This document shows, in pieces, positions 48,754 to 57,406 of a DNA stretch of 64,000 nucleotides. Source of the stretch: Sedimentisphaerales bacterium. GTDB lineage: Bacteria; Planctomycetota; Phycisphaerae; Sedimentisphaerales; SM23-30. Made by a program: the position numbers and the translations under genes. Location of the stretch: NCBI GenBank assembly GCA_963666285.1, contig OY762711.1; one strand, given 5' to 3'. Numbering within the stretch: position 1 is the stretch's first letter; every line of letters starts with the position of its first letter. Below the pieces are notes generated by a model. The model searched no databases and had not been told where the DNA came from. It saw only the letters and a program-made list of their open reading frames with translations.

Positions 48754-48782
48754 TTGATGAAAATGCAAAAAAACTATATAAT
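48754..48782 (+). promoter_or_regulatory. Sigma70-type promoter candidate for hisF
   Basis: TTGATG-N17-TATAAT. Confidence 0.5.
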
Positions 48783-48984
48783 GGCTATTCTGACTTAAAG
48801 AAAGGCTGTAAATGATATTAACCTGATAATTACATATAGCTAAAGTAATTATTTACAGTGAGTTATAACAATATTTAGCAATAAGCCCACCAAAGATAGT
48901 TTATTCAGATATAAATGGTATTACCATGTTTCGCAAACAAGCATGAATCCCTATTTATCTATTGAAATAAGTTGAGACAATTAT

Positions 48985-49767
48985 ATGCTGGCAAAAAGAA
49001 TAATCCCCTGCCTGGATGTAGATAAAGGACGAGTAGTAAAAGGCGTAAAGTTTTTTGACCATGTTGATGCAGGCTCTGTATCAGAATGTGCAATACGCTA
49101 CGAACAGCAGGGAGCCGACGAGCTGGTGTTTTATGACATAACAGCCAGTCATGAGAAACGGGATTTGACCCTTGATGTTTTACGTGATGTTTCCGAGAAG
49201 GTATTTATGCCTTTGACAGTCGGAGGCGGCATAAGGACCATTGATGATGTTCGCATAATGTTAAACAATGGTGCAGATAAAGTCAGTATTAATTCAGCAG
49301 CGGTCCTCGATAAATCATTAATCAAAGAATCAGCCCTTCGTTTCGGCAGCCAGTGCATCGTTTTGGCTATTGATGCCAACCGGGTTATGAAAGACGGTAA
49401 AGAATTCTGGGAAGTATTTATTAACGGCGGTCGTAAAGGAACCGGAATAGGTGTTATGGAATGGGTACGCAAAGGTTATGCAGACGGAGCAGGAGAGATC
49501 GTTCTGAATGTTATGAACTCTGACGGAACCAAAGCGGGATATGACCTGGAAATGACCTCGGCAGTAGCCGAAGAAGTAAACATACCAGTAGTCGCCAGCG
49601 GCGGGGCCGGAACACTGGAGGACATGTACAAAGTATTAACAGAAGGCAAAGCCGAAGCTGCCCTGGCAGCAAGTATTTTCCACTTTGGCAACTATACGAT
49701 CCAGGAAGTAAAAGATTATTTAAGCGAAAAGGGAATAGTGGTGAGAAATATTGCAGCCATTTCCTGA
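48985..49767 (+). CDS. hisF: Imidazole glycerol phosphate synthase cyclase subunit
   Basis: [33 protein letters not shown] and ASIFH. Confidence 0.97.
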   Translation: MLAKRIIPCLDVDKGRVVKGVKFFDHVDAGSVSECAIRYEQQGADELVFYDITASHEKRDLTLDVLRDVSEKVFMPLTVGGGIRTIDDVRIMLNNGADKVSINSAAVLDKSLIKESALRFGSQCIVLAIDANRVMKDGKEFWEVFINGGRKGTGIGVMEWVRKGYADGAGEIVLNVMNSDGTKAGYDLEMTSAVAEEVNIPVVASGGAGTLEDMYKVLTEGKAEAALAASIFHFGNYTIQEVKDYLSEKGIVVRNIAAIS

Positions 49768-49824
49768 TTCATTATAATATTATTATATCTTGTTTTTATT
49801 GCAATTTAGTAGGAGTAATAAGTT

Positions 49825-50958
49825 TTGAAAGGCCAACCAATATCCAAGCAACTGGCATCAGATAAGAGTCCAGCTATCGATAAATTTTTCAAGGCAGTAA
49901 TAAAAGTCCAGGGAAGTGACCTGCATTTGAAAGGTGACTGCGTTCCCAGGATACGTTCCAAAGGAGCGGTAAGAGAAACCGACTCCTCTGCTATCCCGGA
50001 AAATAAACTTGAAGAAATGATATTTGAGATTTTGAGTCCGGATCAAAAAGAATTTTTCTTACAAAACGGTGCTCTTGACTTTGCCTATGACTTTGGCGCA
50101 ACTGACCGTTTTCGTGTAAACATTTTCCGCCAGCGTGGCAAGGTTTCACTGGTAGCACGTCGTATCAGTGCCAAGATACCAAAGTTTGAAACCCTTAACC
50201 TGCATCCAACAGTTTTGAAAATTGCCGATTTACACCAGGGTCTTATCCTGGTAACCGGTGCGACAGGTTCGGGAAAAAGTACCACAATCGCGTCGATGCT
50301 GGATAGAATTCTCCGTGCCCGTCCGTGCCATGTTATCACAATTGAAGATCCAATTGAATTTATCTTTCAGGATGCGGTAGGCCTGGTAAACCAGCGAGAA
50401 GTAGGTATCGATGTACCTAACTTCGATGACGCCCTTCGTTCAATGATGCGTGAAGACCCGGACGTTATTCTTGTTGGAGAAATTCGAGATTATGTAACGC
50501 TTAACGCAGCTATCAAAGCATCTGAAACCGGCCACCAGGTATTTGGAACACTGCACAGTACAGACGCATACCAGTCAATCACCCGTATGCTCGACCTTAC
50601 ACCAGAGGTTGAGCGTCATATGGTACGCCAGGCGATCGTAGGTAACCTGCAGGCATTGATAGCTCAGCGTCTGCTCCCAACAATTCGTGACGATATCCCG
50701 CGTGTACCGGCACTGGAAATCCTGCTGGTAAACGCTTCGGCCAGAAAGCTTATAGCTGACGGGCGGGAAGTTGAGCTCCCAACGGTTATTAAGAGCTCTT
50801 ATGCAGACGGCATGATCGACTTTAATGAATCGCTGAGACGCTTTATCAAGGAAGAATTTATCGATCTCAAGACCGCATATAATTATTCACCTAACCCTGA
50901 AGAATTAAAGATGGCTATGAAGGGTATCAGATCCTCAGCCGGCGGTATCATCGGATAA
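49825..50958 (+). CDS. pilT: PilT/PilU family type IV pilus retraction ATPase
   Basis: SDLH, RFRVN, GATGSGKST, TIEDPIE, REDPDVILVGEIRD and ETGHQVFGTLH. Confidence 0.88.
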   Translation: MKGQPISKQLASDKSPAIDKFFKAVIKVQGSDLHLKGDCVPRIRSKGAVRETDSSAIPENKLEEMIFEILSPDQKEFFLQNGALDFAYDFGATDRFRVNIFRQRGKVSLVARRISAKIPKFETLNLHPTVLKIADLHQGLILVTGATGSGKSTTIASMLDRILRARPCHVITIEDPIEFIFQDAVGLVNQREVGIDVPNFDDALRSMMREDPDVILVGEIRDYVTLNAAIKASETGHQVFGTLHSTDAYQSITRMLDLTPEVERHMVRQAIVGNLQALIAQRLLPTIRDDIPRVPALEILLVNASARKLIADGREVELPTVIKSSYADGMIDFNESLRRFIKEEFIDLKTAYNYSPNPEELKMAMKGIRSSAGGIIG

Positions 50959-51025
50959 TAATCAAATTCAAATACGAAATTTTAATTGTTAATAGACATA
51001 AATTAAAAAGTTACCAGGAAACACT

Positions 51026-52669
51026 ATGCTAAATCACATTTTATTGCAAACAGTTCAAGTCGGCGGTTATATTGCCGTATGGAAGGTACTGATATTTGTA
51101 TTTCTGTTTCTAATCTGGGCCGCAACAGGTCAATGGATAGACAAAGATGTTGTACAGGTAAGGAGTAACCGTACATTCTGGAACAACATATACCTGGGCT
51201 GCGGTTTGCTGATAATAATGATATGGTTTGTTCTGCCGGCCGCATTCTGGATATTACTGCTAATGTATTTCTTCGTATGGTGTACTGTAACAGTAGTATA
51301 TGTCATGCATCGTAATTCCAGAGTACCGAGCAACGAAACAATACTAACACCAGATCATATCAAATTTGTCCTGGCAAATTTATTCAGCGGTGACAAAGAG
51401 AAAAATTCAAAGCAGCGTCTGGTTTTCATATCAGTAAATGATAATGACCTGCCCGTGCCGCATAGAGAAGATGAAGAATACCTGGGCTACTCAGTCGCAG
51501 AAGATATGATCCACGATATGTGGTTCAGGCGTGTATCACATGCCGAACTGCTGCCAACCGGTCCTGAAGAATATAAGATCAAATACGTTATTGACGGTGT
51601 AGCTACAGTAGGTGACGAATTTGAAAAGGAAGATGCCCTGGAAGCAATAAAATATATCAAGGCAGTAGCCGGGCTGGACATAGGCGAACGCCGCAGACCG
51701 CAGGAAGGCAGCTTCTTTACAATTCGTACAGGAGACCATGAGACGGAATGGCGAATAACAACCAGCGGCTCCCGTCAGGGAGAACAGATAATATTCGACC
51801 GAAATGAAGAATTTGAAGATCTGCCGCTGGACGAGCTGGGCCTGCATTCAGACCAGATAAAGGTCATCCAGGAGATAATAGATAAGCCGTCCGGTGTGGT
51901 ACTGGTGGCCGGCGAACCAGGCAGCGGGGTAACATCGACACTTTACAGCCTGCTACGCAAACACGATGCTTTTATCCAGAATATATATTCATTAGAAAAA
52001 GATATAATGACAGATCTGGACAATATAACCCAGACAGAAATAGATGCATCTCCAGAGGCGCCAACACATACCCGCCAGATGCAAAGTATATTGCACTCTG
52101 ACCCTGACATTGTAATGGTTGACCCTTGTGATGAGCCGGGAATGGCCGAACTGGCAGCGAAATCATCCAAGATTGACGACAAGAAATTCTATCTTGGCAT
52201 GAAATGTGTTGACATGTTCTCAGCCTTGGAAGCATGGCTGAAATATGTTCCGGACAAGAAACTGGCAGCCCAGCAGCTGCAGGCAATAACCGGTCAGCGA
52301 CTTGTAAGAAAACTTTGCAAGGAATGTCACGAAGCTTATATCCCAGATGCAAATATCCTTAAAAAGCTGAATCTGTCAGCAGGCAAAGTTAAGCATCTAT
52401 ACAGACCGCCATCAGAAGTATTCTATGACAAGAAAGGCAACCCTATTCTTTGCGAAGACTGCCAGGGATCAGGTTACGTCGGCAGGACCGCCATATTTGA
52501 GATACTGATGGTAAGCGATGAGATTCGCAAGTTAATTGCCACCGGGGCACCGGTCAGCGAGATAAAGACTCAATGTCGCAAGGAAAAGATATTATACCTG
52601 CAGGAACAGGCTCTGCGAGCTGTTATATCAGGAGCTACAAGTATAAAAGAAGTACTAAGAGTAACCTGA
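51026..52669 (+). CDS. GspE/PilB-like protein with N-terminal TMs and a degenerate ATPase site
   Basis: Three N-terminal hydrophobic helices, ERRRPQEG, Walker A-like GEPGSGVTS (no Lys), QRLVRKLCKEC...CEDCQGSGYVGR zinc motif. Confidence 0.8.
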   Translation: MLNHILLQTVQVGGYIAVWKVLIFVFLFLIWAATGQWIDKDVVQVRSNRTFWNNIYLGCGLLIIMIWFVLPAAFWILLLMYFFVWCTVTVVYVMHRNSRVPSNETILTPDHIKFVLANLFSGDKEKNSKQRLVFISVNDNDLPVPHREDEEYLGYSVAEDMIHDMWFRRVSHAELLPTGPEEYKIKYVIDGVATVGDEFEKEDALEAIKYIKAVAGLDIGERRRPQEGSFFTIRTGDHETEWRITTSGSRQGEQIIFDRNEEFEDLPLDELGLHSDQIKVIQEIIDKPSGVVLVAGEPGSGVTSTLYSLLRKHDAFIQNIYSLEKDIMTDLDNITQTEIDASPEAPTHTRQMQSILHSDPDIVMVDPCDEPGMAELAAKSSKIDDKKFYLGMKCVDMFSALEAWLKYVPDKKLAAQQLQAITGQRLVRKLCKECHEAYIPDANILKKLNLSAGKVKHLYRPPSEVFYDKKGNPILCEDCQGSGYVGRTAIFEILMVSDEIRKLIATGAPVSEIKTQCRKEKILYLQEQALRAVISGATSIKEVLRVT

Positions 52670-52750
52670 TAGGGATAGTTAAGTAATCAAACAACCGCGG
52701 TAACAAAAGAGATAACAAAATAAAGATATATTATTCCCGGAGAATATAAA

Positions 52751-53866
52751 ATGATAGCAATAATAGTAACAATCTTAATATTAGCCGGCCTGGTATACTT
52801 CCAGGTATTTACACAAGGCATATTCAGTTGCTTTATTATGATGGTCTGGACAATAATTTCAGCAATGGTAGCGCTGAATTATCAAGATTACCTGGCCATG
52901 CTTATGATAGATAACGGCCTGGCATTCTTTCCAAAGGCAGTTGCCCTGCTAACCCCGTTCATAATTACCCTGTTTGTCCTCAGGGAGATCTCAGACAGAT
53001 TTATCCCGGGCAATATGAAGTTCCCTGAAATAATTGACCGTCTCGGCAGCTCACTGTTTGCAATCGTAACAAGCCTGATCATAACCGGTATGGTTTCTCT
53101 TTGTTTCCAGAATCTGCCGATGCCAACCAAAATTCTTGGCTTTGAACGGGTAAGCAGCCTGGAAGACCTTGACACCCAGAATACATGGTGGCCGGGCGGC
53201 GACTCTATGGTAGTAAAAGCATTAAACCAGGCAAGTGCTTATTGCTTTGCCGGTGACAGACCATACGAGCAGGTCCATCCTGAATACCTTCGCGAACTGC
53301 ATATGAACCGGATCGTACCTGAAGGCTATGAAGGGTCAAAACAATACGCTCCTTCCGGCAGTATTACAGTTAAGGAAGCAAAAGTCAGAACCGGCTCAAT
53401 CCAACTGGTGTCAATAACACCGCCAAGCGGTCGCAACCAGCAGGAAACACGAAAACCAGTTGGCAAACTGGAAAAAGGAGCGGGAGATCTGATTGCAATA
53501 ACCATAGATATCAATGCAAGACCATCGGAAAAAGAAAAGGTAACCTGCAAAGATGTTGACGGTAAAATTCGCTTTGCTCTGTCACAATTCCGCCTGGTAG
53601 GCCACAGCGAAAACGAAGTCATCGAATGCTTCCCTTCGACCGTAATGCTGGGCAGCAGTACCGGAGAAGAGATGGGACTGGACGATGGAAAAGTCTTTGC
53701 TACTGCCGAAGAGACCGTCCTGATATTCCAATGGCCAACCAGTGTAAAGAAAGTTGCACCTGAGTTTATCGAATTCAAGAATACCTGCCGTGCGCTTATT
53801 CGTATGGAAAACCAGAACAAGCCGGAATCAGCAGAAGAGCCAGGTTCAGATCAGACCGAACTATAG
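52751..53866 (+). CDS. CvpA-family membrane protein with soluble C-terminal extension
   Basis: Four N-terminal TMs with DRLGSSLFA (CvpA-like), then a hydrophilic domain. Confidence 0.6.
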   Translation: MIAIIVTILILAGLVYFQVFTQGIFSCFIMMVWTIISAMVALNYQDYLAMLMIDNGLAFFPKAVALLTPFIITLFVLREISDRFIPGNMKFPEIIDRLGSSLFAIVTSLIITGMVSLCFQNLPMPTKILGFERVSSLEDLDTQNTWWPGGDSMVVKALNQASAYCFAGDRPYEQVHPEYLRELHMNRIVPEGYEGSKQYAPSGSITVKEAKVRTGSIQLVSITPPSGRNQQETRKPVGKLEKGAGDLIAITIDINARPSEKEKVTCKDVDGKIRFALSQFRLVGHSENEVIECFPSTVMLGSSTGEEMGLDDGKVFATAEETVLIFQWPTSVKKVAPEFIEFKNTCRALIRMENQNKPESAEEPGSDQTEL

Positions 53867-53893
53867 CGGTATTTGAAATAAAATCAGACTACC

Positions 53894-53929
53894 AAGCCCT
53901 TCTGCTATCCGGCAGCGGGGCTTTTTTTT
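53894..53929 (+). terminator. Rho-independent terminator
   Basis: AAGCCCTTCTGCT-ATCC-GGCAGCGGGGCTTTTTTTT. Confidence 0.85.
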
Positions 53930-53940
53930 GGAGAATATAC

Positions 53941-54591
53941 ATGGAAAAAAGATCAATGTATCCGATGTTTGTTGACTTAACCGGCAAACCGGTATTGGTA
54001 GTAGGAGCAGGTAAAATAGCCGGCAGGAAAGTTGACTCGCTGCTGGAATCCGGTGCAGAGATAACAGTAGTCAGTCCGGAAGCTGACGAGCATTTGACAA
54101 AGCTTGGTGAAAGCGGTGTCATTAAGCTTGTTTCTGGCTGTTTCGATGAGCGATACCTGGACGATAAATGGCTGGTGATTGCAGCAACTGACGACTGCAA
54201 AGTCAACAAGATGGTATTTGACTGCTGCGAAGAGAGAAGGATATTCTGCAATGTCGTTGACGTGCCGGAATATTGCAGGTTTCATGTGCCGGCAAGAGTA
54301 CAGAGAGGCGGACTACAGATTGCGGTTTCGACCTCAGGTAAAAGCCCTGCCCTGGCGAAAAAAATCAAAAAAGAATTAGCGGATCAGTACGGACCTGAAT
54401 ACGAAAACCTGCTGGAAGTTTTAGACTATATACGCAACCGGATAAAAGAGCTTAAGCCGATATGCCAGTGCAGCAGAGCGGAACTGAACCAGAAAGTACT
54501 GGAATCGCCTAAACTCGATAGCTTAAAAATCGAAAACACTGACGGAATAGAATATTTTATAAACAGATTATTAACTCAAGCTGAAAGATAA
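53941..54591 (+). CDS. sirC: Precorrin-2 dehydrogenase/sirohydrochlorin ferrochelatase (Met8/SirC, CysG N-terminal type)
   Basis: YPMFVDL, VVGAGKIAGRK, AATDD, NVVD and STSGKSPALA. Confidence 0.9.
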   Translation: MEKRSMYPMFVDLTGKPVLVVGAGKIAGRKVDSLLESGAEITVVSPEADEHLTKLGESGVIKLVSGCFDERYLDDKWLVIAATDDCKVNKMVFDCCEERRIFCNVVDVPEYCRFHVPARVQRGGLQIAVSTSGKSPALAKKIKKELADQYGPEYENLLEVLDYIRNRIKELKPICQCSRAELNQKVLESPKLDSLKIENTDGIEYFINRLLTQAER

Positions 54592-54652
54592 AAAATTTGA
54601 CAGGTATAAGAAGCTGAGCATAAGATAATATTTTTTCAACAGCAGCACAAAG

Positions 54653-55042
54653 CTAACCAACAAGTTCTATCTGGTTGCCATCGGGGTCGAGAATAACACT
54701 TTCATAGAAGCCGTCGCCGGTTCTGCGCGGCTCACCCGCAATCGTAACACCATGTTTTTTTAGCAATTGGGTAAGCTCATCTACCTGCTGCTCTGAATCG
54801 AGTTTGAATGCGAAATGAGTTATACCTATATACTGATCGCCCGGATTGCCTGTGCGAGAGGAGATATCGGTTCTCTGCATGATTTCGAGCTGGGCACCGG
54901 AAGAAAAAGTCAGGAAATAAGATTCGAATCCCTTTTGAGAATTTATGTACTTATCGTTTGCCTTTGCCTCAAAAAAACGAATATAAAAGTCCTTGAGAAC
55001 CTCGATATCTTCCGACCATACTGCAATGTGATCAATTATCAT
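54653..55042 (-). CDS. VOC/glyoxalase family protein
   Basis: IDHIAVW, LEIM, HFAF and PRRTGDGFYESVILDPDGNQIE. Confidence 0.92.
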   Translation of the reverse strand: MIIDHIAVWSEDIEVLKDFYIRFFEAKANDKYINSQKGFESYFLTFSSGAQLEIMQRTDISSRTGNPGDQYIGITHFAFKLDSEQQVDELTQLLKKHGVTIAGEPRRTGDGFYESVILDPDGNQIELVG

Positions 55043-55046
55043 ATAT

Positions 55047-55463
55047 CTATTCCTGTAGAGCTTTTACAATATTGTCGGCAACCTGCTGCATTTTACCGTC
55101 GGGATACGGCAGCTGCTTGCCAAGCCGGATAATGGCATCATCTTCGGTCCTGGGAACGATATGATAATGAACATGGTCAACCAGCTGACCGGCAGGTCTG
55201 CCGTTATTCTGGAAGATGTTAAACGCGGCCTTGCCGGTCGCCTTACATATTGCTTTTGAAATTAATGGGAAGACTTCGGCTATTTTGGCAGAAATATCAG
55301 GAGTGACCTGATCCATGGTCTCAAAATGTTTTTTTGGAATTACCAGGGTATGGCCCTCGGCAAGCGGCGCGATGTCCAGAAATGCAAGCACATCATCATT
55401 TTCAAAGACTTTTGAACAAGGTATTTCACCTTTAACAATTTTACAGAAAATACAATCATTCAT
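55047..55463 (-). CDS. HIT family hydrolase
   Basis: DCIFCKI, GHTLVIPK and HVHYHIVPR histidine triad. ATG 55463 with SD. Confidence 0.93.
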   Translation of the reverse strand: MNDCIFCKIVKGEIPCSKVFENDDVLAFLDIAPLAEGHTLVIPKKHFETMDQVTPDISAKIAEVFPLISKAICKATGKAAFNIFQNNGRPAGQLVDHVHYHIVPRTEDDAIIRLGKQLPYPDGKMQQVADNIVKALQE

Positions 55464-55532
55464 ATTACTTCCCTCGTAAAACAGACGTTTCGATACTTGC
55501 AAAAAGTACAAATATTACACGGCGGCAAAGAG

Positions 55533-56519
55533 TTAATCAGATACTTTGTACTGATTATGCTTCTTGTAAACCGGACCGTCAAGAGCCTTGACAAAATTGG
55601 TCCAGTCGCTGCTATTGGTGTCTCGGGCAATTTCATCACGGGTAAGCTGAATCTTGGCATCGATATTATCGATATAATGTACCAGAAACGCTTCCGGAGT
55701 GGACGGCATAACCGGGCAGCCAAATTCACGCTGACCATGATGCGATACGATAATATGCTGCAAAACCTCGACAAGTCCATGAGGGATATCAATGCCATCT
55801 TTGACAAGTTTGTTGTACTTCTCCTCGATCATCATGGCACCTTTTACCAAATGCCCTATCATCCGTCCTTCATCGGTATATTTGAAGCTGATATCGTACG
55901 CAAGTTCAACGGTCTTGCCGATATCATGCAGGAACAGCCCGGCAAGGACGACATCATGGTCGAGGTCCTGATAAAGTGGCAGGATAACATTCCCCAGTCT
56001 CATCAGCCCGAGAGTATGTTCCAGCAGCCCGCCGATCCAGGCGTGATGCAGCATTGCAGCAGCCGGAGCAGTACAGAACTTATTCATTAGAGCTTCATCA
56101 TCGATAAAGGCCTTAATAATTTGACGCATGGCAGGATTTTTTATCTGGCGGAGAATCTCTTTGACTTCCTCAAACATCTCAGCAATATCATACTGCGAGG
56201 CAGGCAGAAACTCTTCCAGGTTAACTTTGTCTTCATCGATAGGTCGAATCTCTTCGACAACAATCTGCATATTGTTCTGATACATTTCAGAACGACCGCG
56301 AACAAAAACGAAACCTTCCTGCGGCAGAGAATTATAAACCGTTTCGGTAGCCTGCCACATCCGGGAATTTGCTTTCCCGGTTTTGTCGCTGAGAAAGGCT
56401 GCAATATATTTACTGCCGTTCGAGGTAGCACGCAGCTGCGGCTGAGAGATTAAGAAAACCTGAGACAGATTCTGTGCAGGCTGAAGTTCACTTATCGATA
56501 TCCTTTGTGATGATGACAT
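55533..56519 (-). CDS. yhaM: OB-fold + HD domain 3'-5' exoribonuclease (YhaM/Cbf1-like)
   Basis: N-terminal OB fold, HHAWIGGLLEH, LHDIGK, GH and SHHG motifs. Confidence 0.85.
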   Translation of the reverse strand: MSSSQRISISELQPAQNLSQVFLISQPQLRATSNGSKYIAAFLSDKTGKANSRMWQATETVYNSLPQEGFVFVRGRSEMYQNNMQIVVEEIRPIDEDKVNLEEFLPASQYDIAEMFEEVKEILRQIKNPAMRQIIKAFIDDEALMNKFCTAPAAAMLHHAWIGGLLEHTLGLMRLGNVILPLYQDLDHDVVLAGLFLHDIGKTVELAYDISFKYTDEGRMIGHLVKGAMMIEEKYNKLVKDGIDIPHGLVEVLQHIIVSHHGQREFGCPVMPSTPEAFLVHYIDNIDAKIQLTRDEIARDTNSSDWTNFVKALDGPVYKKHNQYKVSD

Positions 56520-56559
56520 TTTAACTTACTTTCTATTGTATTCTATCTTATTTGCTTAA

Positions 56560-57342
56560 TTATCCAAAATAGCGAACGGCATTATCAAATATAGTCATGC
56601 CGTCAGGATCGGTGATATTATCACGAGTCCACCTGGGATGATGGGTCTTATGGACAAATCTTTCCGGGTGAGGCATAAGTCCGAGTACCCTGCCGGTATC
56701 ATCGGTAAGCCCGGCGATATGGTCGGTCGAACCGTTCGGATTGACAGGGAAACCGCCAAAATTACCGTCGGCATCAACGTATCTGAACGCCACATATCCA
56801 TTGTCAAGCACAGACTTTTGCACCTGGTCGTCCATAAAGCATACCTTGCCCTCGCCATGAGCAATCGGGAGGTACAATCTGCGTTCCGGATCGACAAATA
56901 CACATTTACTGGTACCCGGTTCAAGGTAAATCCAGCGATCTTCAAACTTACCGCAGTCATTATGAGTGATGGTAACCTGCTGAACACCACAGTTAGGAGT
57001 TTCGACAGATTTACCAGGCAGCAAACCGGTCTTTACCAGAACCTGGAAACCGTTACATATGCCGATAACCAGCTTATCAGAATCGATAAACTTCCTGACA
57101 TTGTCACTAAAATGATGCAGCAGCTGGTTCGCCAGTATCTTACCGGCAGCAATATCATCACCATAACTGAAACCGCCGGGTAATGCCAAAACCTGATAAT
57201 CTTCCAGCAAAGCCGGATTTTCAATCAGGCGGTTGACATGCAGCTTCTCAGTAACAGCCCCAGCCAGTTCAAAAGCGTGGCAGGTCTCCTGGTCGCAGTT
57301 AGTACCTGCCGTTCTCAAAACTAAAACTTTTATTTTTGCCAT
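56560..57342 (-). CDS. purQ: Phosphoribosylformylglycinamidine synthase glutaminase subunit
   Basis: GTNCD, PGGFSYGD, GICNGFQ, AHGEG and MPHPER. Confidence 0.96.
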   Translation of the reverse strand: MAKIKVLVLRTAGTNCDQETCHAFELAGAVTEKLHVNRLIENPALLEDYQVLALPGGFSYGDDIAAGKILANQLLHHFSDNVRKFIDSDKLVIGICNGFQVLVKTGLLPGKSVETPNCGVQQVTITHNDCGKFEDRWIYLEPGTSKCVFVDPERRLYLPIAHGEGKVCFMDDQVQKSVLDNGYVAFRYVDADGNFGGFPVNPNGSTDHIAGLTDDTGRVLGLMPHPERFVHKTHHPRWTRDNITDPDGMTIFDNAVRYFG

Positions 57343-57406
57343 TTTGTTTCTCTTATATAGAAAATTAAACTTATATATCTTATTATTTAATGATTGCAGC
57401 CAAAAC

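Noticed and set aside
55497..56090. 197-aa plus-strand ORF
   Set aside because: Antisense shadow of the well-supported yhaM gene; no recognisable motifs.
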